From NCBI GenBank assembly GCA_965112735.1, contig OZ218960.1, forward strand, positions 620,001-684,000: a stretch of DNA of 64,000 nucleotides, given 5' to 3'. A program made the position numbers and the translations under genes. This stretch comes from Phaeosaccion multiseriatum (taxonomy: Eukaryota > Protista > Ochrophyta, other classes). Below, piece by piece: positions 49,467 through 64,000 of this stretch. How positions within the stretch are numbered: position 1 is the stretch's first letter; each line of letters starts with the position of its first letter. The notes under the pieces are model-generated. The model saw only the letters and a list, made by a program, of their open reading frames with translations, was not told the origin of the DNA and ran no database searches.

Positions 49467-49923
49467 GTGGTGGTGGTCCTGCTTGGGTCCCGCAAGGCCA
49501 AGCCCAAGTGGCGATGCACAAAGTTTGCAGCGACGGCGCCGAGGCGGTCTCCTTCCCTGACGACGATGGGGTGCGGAGTCGACGAGCCACTGCCACCACT
49601 TCCTTCAATGTACAGGGAGGTCTCGAGGAGGCGCTTACCCTTGCGGTGCGCCCCCCCTCTAGATTCTGAGTACCCTTTCATCTGTGCCAGTGCCTGGGCG
49701 TCCACCCCACACAGAGACGGAGACGGGGCTATTGATGATGGCCATGGAGGTGCCGCACCAAGGGCTTCGCTGTATGCCTCGGGCCAAGGGAGGGGCAGGC
49801 CGTTCCCGCAGCTTTCCTCCACGGTGAAGGGCAGCACGGTCTTGGAGACGAGTGCGCCATCCGCGGTCAGCAGAAAGACGGAAAGCTTGTGTGCCCCTGG
49901 ACAGAGCCCGGGTAGGATGATTG

Positions 49924-49954
<31 letters not shown>

Positions 49955-50504
49955 ACTGGACGACGACGAGGATAAGGAGAAGGAAGAGGAGAGGGCCCCT
50001 TCATGTGAGCTCAAGCCGCTGCCCTGCCTCTCTCCAAAGCCTCCGTCCTCTACCCACAGCCGAAAGAGACCATCGCTCACATCCACGAGCGTGTAGAGCG
50101 GGGCGTGTGCAAGGACAGAGGCCCTCAGCTCTACTTGCACTGGGCACGGAGGATGAGGACGGGTGCCGGAGGTGGCATGGGGAAGCGCGGGGGGTAGAGG
50201 GGCAGGACGTGAGTAGAGCATTAATTGATAGGAACTGGCCAAGGCCAGAGGAAGGTAGGCACAAGCCCTGCCGATGAGGAGGAACAAACAATCGGCACGC
50301 ACCAATGCCTCCCGGCGAGCACTTGACTTGCCCAACCTGGGGAGTGGTGTGGAGCAATTCTGCTCCGTCCTGCCTCAGGCTCACGAATCCCGAAGCTCTC
50401 TTGCTGCTGGGCCAATGCGCCTCCCTGACGAGGTACCACAGCACCACTGCCGCCGCCGCGAAGAGTGCTGCGGCAAGTGCGTCTATTCCTCCTCGGCTGC
50501 CCAT
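38697..50504 (-). CDS. Giant multidomain glycan-modifying protein (~2833 aa): N-terminal TM anchor, class I SAM methyltransferase, TPR-like, Ig-like, GT-A/GT2-like and GT4 (Glycos_transf_1) domains
   Basis: Exons 50303-50504, 47917-50139, 47437-47672, 44395-46938, 43073-43984, 41895-42839, 40989-41544, 40231-40415, 39503-39830, 38697-39067 sum to 8502 nt in one open frame. MTase motifs: VDAFVAEHVWEH..FLRPGGRLRLAVPD. GT-A-like motifs: VTIVLNGMPFIQHH, WHIVEGVA, STDGTTAYLD, LQVDADELW. GT4 motifs: KGIARVW, VHDCIPE, AIVSVSQATATD, AHLGVD, YKNAL, EGFGLTVLEALACGCPLVISD. The junctions of the first three exons are the least certain. Confidence 0.8.
40702..40887. repeat. (ATC)n trinucleotide tracts in a GT-gene intron
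   Basis: Two ATC runs within intron 40416-40988. Confidence 0.9.
47250..47432. repeat. 11-bp minisatellite TATACCCTCTC, intronic
   Basis: Tandem units in GT-gene intron 46939-47436. Confidence 0.88.
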
Positions 50505-50856
50505 AGCTGTCGACTCAGCGCAGGGTCGGTCACATCTTTCTTTTGTTGACCGGCTGTAAAAAATAAAAAATCCAACTGTTTAGATCTTCACGTGTTGGAC
50601 AACCGTATTTCACAGGTTCGACGACCCTGTAACGTTAATTCCCCCTTTTCTCTCGTTCCCTCTGTCTCTAATACAGCCTCTGTCTCTGCGGCCTGTGCTC
50701 TTCCTCGCTCGTCAGCAGTGCAGGCTCAGCGAGGGCCATCCGGGTCGCGTGGATTTGATGTACACCTTCTCTACCTCCGTCTTCCTTGGAAAACACGATA
50801 CAAAACAAATTTTAGCGAGAATGAAGTGCTGATTCGATTACGGTGGAGAACCAGCA

Positions 50857-51588
50857 ATGAGTAAACAGGGAGAAGGGGAGGGGGTGGGCAGCGCTGCCTG
50901 CACACCCGCTGCGGTGTCAGCTGCGGCCGCTTACGATTACTGCAGCTTGGCCATGAAGGGCGCCGCGGTCGACCCGCGTTGCGGCCTTCGCGTCGGTAAG
51001 AGGACAAGTGCTGGTGCATGTAGTGCGGGCGTGCCGTCCCTCCACGAGGATGGCGTTGGTCCATCTCAGAGCGACATGGTGATCAGCACCGATGGTGGTA
51101 CAGATTGCCCTCCTTCACCTTCAGCTTCACCCGTGGAAGCGCTCATCGCGGAGAGCGGTTTGGAAGAGGTCATGAAAGGGCTGCTGGTGTCCCTCGCCAT
51201 CGATACCCCAGCGAAGGCGGACATCCCCAATTACGTGCTGGAGCGGCTCAGCAAAGTGGATCAGAAGAAGGACATCGAGGCGGAATTGTGCGCCCTCAGG
51301 GTGAGGGAGAAGGGACTAACAGTGCGATGTGACTGGCTCCAGAACAAGATCGAAGACATTGTCGAGGGCAAGAGCAGCGACAGATTAGTGCTCGAAGAGG
51401 AGGAGCAGGAGCAGCAGGCACAGCAGCAGCAGCAGCAGGCGCTGCTACTACAAGAGCAAGAGGAGGAGGACGAGCGCAGCAGGCAGCACATCAGCGAAAG
51501 GTACGAGCACAAGGTACAAGGGGCGGGAGGACTGCTGGATGCGGAGCCGAGAGGCAGCGCAGTATATACTAGCGGCATTACACGATAG
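50857..51588 (+). CDS. Intronless hypothetical protein with a Dpy-30/RIIa-like dimerisation-docking helix pair and a coiled coil
   Basis: 243-aa ORF in non-repetitive, coding-like sequence. EALIAESGLEEVMKGLLVSLAIDTPAKADIPNYVLERLSK resembles D/D motifs and is followed by a heptad-like segment and an E/Q-rich stretch. It is divergent from the GT gene across ~350 bp. Confidence 0.6.
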   Translation: MSKQGEGEGVGSAACTPAAVSAAAAYDYCSLAMKGAAVDPRCGLRVGKRTSAGACSAGVPSLHEDGVGPSQSDMVISTDGGTDCPPSPSASPVEALIAESGLEEVMKGLLVSLAIDTPAKADIPNYVLERLSKVDQKKDIEAELCALRVREKGLTVRCDWLQNKIEDIVEGKSSDRLVLEEEEQEQQAQQQQQQALLLQEQEEEDERSRQHISERYEHKVQGAGGLLDAEPRGSAVYTSGITR

Positions 51589-52261
51589 TGGTGGGTACGT
51601 AGGTAGGTGGGCAGGTTTAAGGTGGCCAACGCAATGAATAGGAAGGGCTGCAACCCCACGAGTGGTATCGTAAGCCAACAAATAGGAAGGGAGCTGCAAG
51701 TGCAGCACGAGTGGCGCACTTCGCTCGTCATCAACATATTTCAATAATTAACTTTAACTCAAATTAATTACTTCTTCCCCAAGCCGCTCTCCGTCTAGCG
51801 TAGTTCCTGCTCAGCTGTCAGCGCCCCTGGCGTTGGTTGCACAGTTGCAGTGTGTGCCGTACGCTCCGACCCTCCGCCTCTCCTGTGCCGACCCGACCCG
51901 ACCCGGCAGCGCACATTCCCATCCGCTGTCTGAGGCTTTGTAAACTGGGCAGGCAGGGAGGCAGCTGACCCGCCCCTCTTACCCAGCTAGTAAACCTGTC
52001 ATAAATCTAGAAGTCTCCCCTCCCTCCCTCCCTTCCTCCCTCCCTCCCTCCCCTGCAGCCGCCTCGCCCTGCTTGTGAGCGCTACTCTCGGGCGTGGTCG
52101 GAATCCGTCAAGCTCTGTGAATCTGTGCTGTATGCAGTCGGCCTCTCACTAACTTACTGCTTTGCGTAGGCCTCCCTTGGGACGTACTTGCTGTGCACAG
52201 GACTCTTTGCCTACTGCATTGACTTACTGCTGGCCTCCTGTGCAGGTCTCTGACGTACGGC

Positions 52262-54376
52262 TTACTGCTGTGCGTGGAATGCATCAAGCTGAGCGTACGC
52301 CTCCTTGACAGAGGCCTCAACCCGCTTGGCGAAGGAGAAGCGTGGCTCGGCCTTCTCGGGCGCGAGCTCGTCACAGAAGCAGATGCTCACGGGGCCGCGG
52401 TCCGCAGTGCGCTTCTCGCCCACGTCCACATTCACCTGCGATACAGACGGCGACGGCATGGGAGAGGGGAGGGAGAGCCGGAGTGAGATACGAGTAGCGA
52501 GGGAGGAGCGAAGACTGGGGGAGGGGGTCGGCTCTCACTTGGGAGAGAAAGAGAAGATGGACAACGAATATGAAGGGAGGTGGAGGAGGAGCGAGGAACG
52601 AATCATGCTCCTCCTTCTGCTCGTTCTCCTCCTCCTCCTCCTCCTCCTCCTCCTTCTCTTCTTCTTCCATCTCCTCTTCCCTCCTCCTCCTCTTCCTCTA
52701 CTGCCCTGCTGGAGTGCCTCAAGAGTATCTGTCACCCACCTCATCCGGCGGCGGCACCAGCTTGTTGGTCCACATGGCGAAGGGGAAGAAGTGCGTCTTG
52801 GCCTCGGTCTCCCTACCTGCGATCATGGCCATCAACTTGAACATCTCCACCGACTGAGTTAGAGGAACAAAGGGAGGGAGGGCAGAGGGAGGGCAGAGGG
52901 AGGGTAGAGGGAGAGGTAGAGGCATATGGGGAGGAAGAGGGGAACGGCGGGAGGGAGGGAGGTACCCGCGTGCGTGCGTGCGTGCGTGAGTGTGTGCCGA
53001 ACAAGAAAGAGAGAAGACCTGAGGTGGAAGGCCAAGGAGTTGCTCCATCCTCGTTCTCTCCCTCTCCCTTCCTTCCCTCCTCTCTTCTCCTCTTCCCCTC
53101 TCTGCCTTCTCCTCCCCCCGTTTCCCTCTTCCCCTCTCTCCCCACCCCCTCTCCTCCCTTACCTTGTAGTCAAAGTCTGACACGATGAAGTCCTTGGTGC
53201 CTGGCGCTGGTCTGTCCCTGCCTCCCGAGGGGGCCACCCAGATAAACTCGCCCTGATCCTTCTCGCTCATCATTTCCTGGATCTGCACAGTTACAGAAAA
53301 TAAAGATACAGAAAGAAAGGAGGGGGGGGGGGGGTTAGAAGTGGGTGGGTGCAAGTGACCGTCTGTCCAACTGGTTCACTGACTTACTGGCTCACTGACC
53401 CCTTACCTTTCCAAGGGTACGCTGATTGTGCGAGGACTTTGCTTCCTTCTCCTCAGGAGGGTCCTCGATGTACTGCACAGATGGCAGTGGAAGGCAGTGG
53501 ATGGCAGTGGATGGCAGTGGATGGGGCGGGGAAGAGGGGGGTTAGAGGCGTATGGGGAGGGTTCTCGGTGTACCGCAGAGCGGGGCAAGGCAGTGGAAGG
53601 GGAGAAACCAGAGGCCTGCGGGTAGGAAAATGGGGTAGTACCTTCTTGCTGTAGATGCAGAAGAGGTTGCGCCCTTTACTGAAGGGGATGGCGAGGGGGT
53701 CCGTTGTCACCTTGTGCCCCGCCACATTAATGAGCTTCTTGGCAGTGTCCCCCAGGCCGTGGCTCTCCATGAGCATGGAGATCACTTGCGGATCGGCCTA
53801 AGAGGGAGGGAGAGAGAGAGAGAGCAAGCCCAGCAGTTGGTGATACAATGGAGAAGGAGGTGGTGGGGTGCACCATGCACGACAGAGACACAAGCGAGGA
53901 CAGCAAGCAGCAGCAGAAGTAGGGCGCCAGAAGACATGTGTGGGGTAGTAGACTTGGCAAGCAGAGGCGTATGGGCAAGCAAGCAGGCAGGAACCGTAAA
54001 ACGTCCATGTCCATGTCAGGCATGTGGGCATACAGAGTCTGTGAGTCGGAGGCCAGGCATATGGGTATATTGACACACCTCGGTCTGGTGGTTGGAGAAG
54101 AGGACGACGTTCTCCCCTGCTTCGAGGTACTCAGCGACCTTCTTCATGTTGTCCACGCCCTCCACCCTGGGGGAGAGAGACGGGGGTGTCAGGGCAAGGG
54201 CAGGGCAGGTATACATGTGCACGTGACCAACCGAGAGAGAGAAGCAGAGAGATGGACACAGAGGTCCAGAAAGGCCCAGAGAGAGCAAAGAAAGACAAAT
54301 GTGGAGTGAGCAAGTGATCAAGTATCTTACTTCGACTTTGTCCATCTCCATAGAGAGACACACACATGGAGAGAGG

Positions 54377-54430
<54 letters not shown>

Positions 54431-54436
54431 GAGAAT

Positions 54437-54467
<31 letters not shown>

Positions 54468-55398
54468 GGAGATGCTTAGCGAGAGATACACAGGGATGCA
54501 TCTTACTTTGACTTGTCCATCTCCACCATTGGCTTGAAGAAGTTGTTTCCCCACGTGTAGTAGTCGAAGGGCTCCTCGATGGCCTTGTGGAACAGGTCGA
54601 ATTGGTACGGGTCGGACAGCGCCTCCGGAAGGAACTACAGGAGGGGGGGAGGAAGGAAAGGGATTCGTTCAGGGGACCGAAGCAGGAGGGGAGGGGATTT
54701 CGCCTCCCTACAAACGAGTGATTAATCCCGCCTATCTCCTTGCTAGTGTATAATAAAAAGGGGGGAAATTGTCCCTTTTAGGTTTTCGTTTTCATGCTCC
54801 CCCCCTCCTCCTCCTGACCTTGAGCAAAGCCCCCAGCGTGTTTTGGTACTCTTCGGCGCCGATGGTAGAGCGTGTGGCGCAGCTTGAATACCCTTCGAGG
54901 AACTCCTCCATGATGCCCAGGAACTTGTCGTCCACCTTACCCTTCATCGCATCGCCGGCCTGATGAGGCAGTCGAGAGTGGGAAGGGAGGGACGGATGGG
55001 GGGAGGGAGGCAAGGAGCAGCAGGGCGGACGGAGAGGGAGAGCGTGTGAAGCGGAGAAGAATCGAGGCTCTCCGTCATTTGAGCGGCTCTAGTGTGTCGT
55101 GTGCTTCCTTGCCCCAGCTTCCTGCTTTGTCTGTTGGTTGCTAACCCACCTTCTTGGTGAAGCCTTCAATAGTCTGGACACGCACTGCCTCCTCCTCGCC
55201 GGACGCCTCTGCTGCCATCATCACCATCCCTGTCCCTGCCCTGCTGCCGCTGGGCGGCCTGGCATTTGCTATGGTTGGTGCTCTTGGCGCGGACAGTCCA
55301 GCAAGAGGAGCCTGCACAAACGCGTGCGTGCTCAGCAGCAAGCAGCAGAGGCATCCCACGCTCAAGAGCAGGGCTTCTTTCCTCGGTGCGGCCGGCAT
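52262..55398 (-). CDS. GPAT: Plastid glycerol-3-phosphate acyltransferase (soluble ATS1-type GPAT, ~411 aa)
   Basis: Exons 55150-55398, 54819-54959, 54507-54634, 54079-54166, 53642-53797, 53407-53472, 53163-53282, 52740-52853, 52262-52435 (1236 nt). Motifs: FHKAIEEPFDYYTWG, NHQTEADP (HX4D), DPLAIPFSKGRNLFCIYSKK, WVAPSGGRDR. The presequence is bipartite (..LLSTHA|FVQAP..). Confidence 0.94.
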
Positions 55399-56039
55399 GA
55401 TAACTCTATCTCTTTCTCGCTCTCCTTTCTCTCTCGTGGCAGGAGGCGCGTCGGTGCAAACGTATGCGTGGAGTAAGTCAATAATAATGAGACCGGCGGC
55501 GATCCGATCCCACATAACGCCCCTGGATCTGATCCTAGCCAAAAACAGGTAGGTACAAGAAAGAGGAGGAAGGGATTGGAAGGGTGTGAGTATATTTGGG
55601 GCGTTGGAGGAACTGGGATGCGTTGCCTGAGTACGCAAAATTAATGGCAACCAGAGGAACTTTCTTCTCAAAAAAAAAATCATCTTTCCCCTTCTTTGCA
55701 AGTGCTGGCTGACTGGGGTGGGTCTCGTCGACGTTTTTTGTTCATCCCCCTCCGCCCCTCTCCTGAGAGACTCATTCAAATTCTCACTCCTCCAGTCTCT
55801 CCTCATTCTTGCCTCTCCTCTCTGCTGTGGGCCTTGCAGCTAGTCTCTTCGCCAACTCTGCCAGCTAGCGCTGGTCGACACAAAACACATTTGCTCCATT
55901 CCGCGGGCGTGCTGCTCGGCTATTGCGTGCCCCCAGTCCACTGTGGCAACGATCAGGCCGCAAGCCCATCGCCACGCCCGCGACCACCTTGGCTGCCCGA
56001 GAAGGGCTCTCCTTAAGGAGGCGACAGCCTACGCAAGCG

Positions 56040-62812
<6,773 letters not shown>

Positions 62813-63202
62813 TCCAGCAGTAGCAGCAGCGAAGCAGCAGGAGCAGCAGGGCGTGCATCCGGAGGGCTGTGAGAGAGAGAGAAAGAGAGCAAAAGCACAC
62901 GGGCTAGGAGGCTGCTAAAGAGCTAGCTTGTTACGTGTAGAGTAAGCGTAATAAACGGATGGCGAAGGTGTTTTTTTTTTTTTTTTCTCCTCAATGACCT
63001 CAATTACCACATTGAATTACCAGGCAGTTTTCAAATCACAGGTGGCGACGCTGGATTCGATTTGGATACGCCCCGTGTCAATCGATTTGTCGTCGATCTT
63101 CCCCGTGTCAAACACACATAGAGAGAGGAAGAGAGATCCTCCCGATAGAGAAGGGGGGGTTGTTCAGGAGTCGAAGGGCAAGAGCAGCAGAAGGGCAGCA
63201 AC

Positions 63203-64000
63203 ATGAGCTTGCTCTTTCGCAGCCTGCGCCAGCGGAAAGTGCCGCACCCTTTGTTGCTTTCATTCAAGTTGGGGAGGCTTAGTAGCAGCCAGACCAGCCG
63301 TATAAGCAGCATTGGCGTTGGTAACTCTTCTAGTCGAGGCTTATCCTCCACAGCTGCTGGTGCTGCTACCCCGCTGCACATTCAGGTGTTCGGGGCCAAT
63401 ACAGATGTGGGCAAGACCATCGTTAGTGGGGGGCTCTGCCGAGCGGCGATTGCTGAAGATATGCCGTGCCGGTATGTGTGTCTTTCCCATCTAATATTGT
63501 CATTGCACCCTCCCACGCTGAGGATTGCGCACCCACCGATCCTCTACCGATCCTGTGCTTCTCCCCTCTTGAGACCTTGAAGAGGGGACCTTGGCCGTCC
63601 AAGGGAGGCTAGTTCGGGCGAATGTGCTGGGAGCAGGCCTGGCCAACATGGATACGTATATGAATGACCCCGTCTCTTAGCGCTTGATCGCTCTCCTCAC
63701 GTGGTGCCCCCACCCTCCGTGTTGCCCCCTCCCCCACCCCCCTCCCTCACTCCCCTTGCACTCCGCAGATACATCAAGCCGGTGCAGACGGGCCTGGTGC
63801 ACGACGAGTCCTTCATGCAGCGCTACGTAAGTGCTTCGGACAGCAGCAGTCCGCTCTTGTCGTGCCACACCCTCTGGAGCTACGACCAGCCCGTGTCGCC
63901 GCACCTCGCCGCAGCAGAGGGCACAGGCCCCACCCGCCCGCCCACCGACTCGGCCATCGTGGAGGCCCTTCGAGAGCGCATCTTCAACGACGTACGTAGC
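63203..64000 (+). CDS. BIO3-BIO1: Dethiobiotin synthetase, probably the N-terminus of bifunctional BIO3-BIO1; runs off the window end
   Basis: Exon 1 (63203-63471) has an Arg/Ser-rich mitochondrial-type presequence and the P-loop VFGANTDVGKT. Exon 2 starts at 63769 and contains YIKPVQTG and SPHLAA. The BIO1 half is not visible in this window. Confidence 0.87.

Noticed and set aside
38439-50096. Long plus-strand ORFs (38439-39506, 41922-42968, 45038-45853, 49146-50096)
   Set aside because: They are antisense shadows of the GC-rich minus-strand GT gene exons.

Overview
Eukaryotic, intron-rich, microsatellite-laden genomic DNA, most likely from a photosynthetic stramenopile (ochrophyte). This is inferred from a plastid GPAT with a bipartite signal peptide and an A|F cleavage motif. 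Most six-frame ORFs are repeat noise, so the genes below were spliced by hand. They are: (1) a 40-exon ferlin (+, 900-24204) with one homopolymer frameshift; (2) a tandem array of four 4-exon genes (-, 24.8-38.4 kb) for secreted Cys-rich proteins; (3) a ~2830-aa N-anchored SAM-methyltransferase/TPR/GT2-like/GT4 fusion (-, 38697-50504); (4) an intronless Dpy-30/RIIa-like coiled-coil ORF; (5) a plastid glycerol-3-phosphate acyltransferase; (6) a type-B carboxylesterase; and (7) the 5' end of dethiobiotin synthetase (BIO3/BIO3-BIO1). The most striking signal is the four-gene array. The N-terminal modules, introns and spacers are near-identical, but four short loops in the C-terminal 6-Cys domain vary in length and sequence and are shared between copies in a mosaic pattern, which resembles a variable secreted recognition-protein system. 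The array spacers also hold short non-autonomous elements ending in GTCAGGGGYCGA with 6-bp target duplications, shown by empty paralogous sites.
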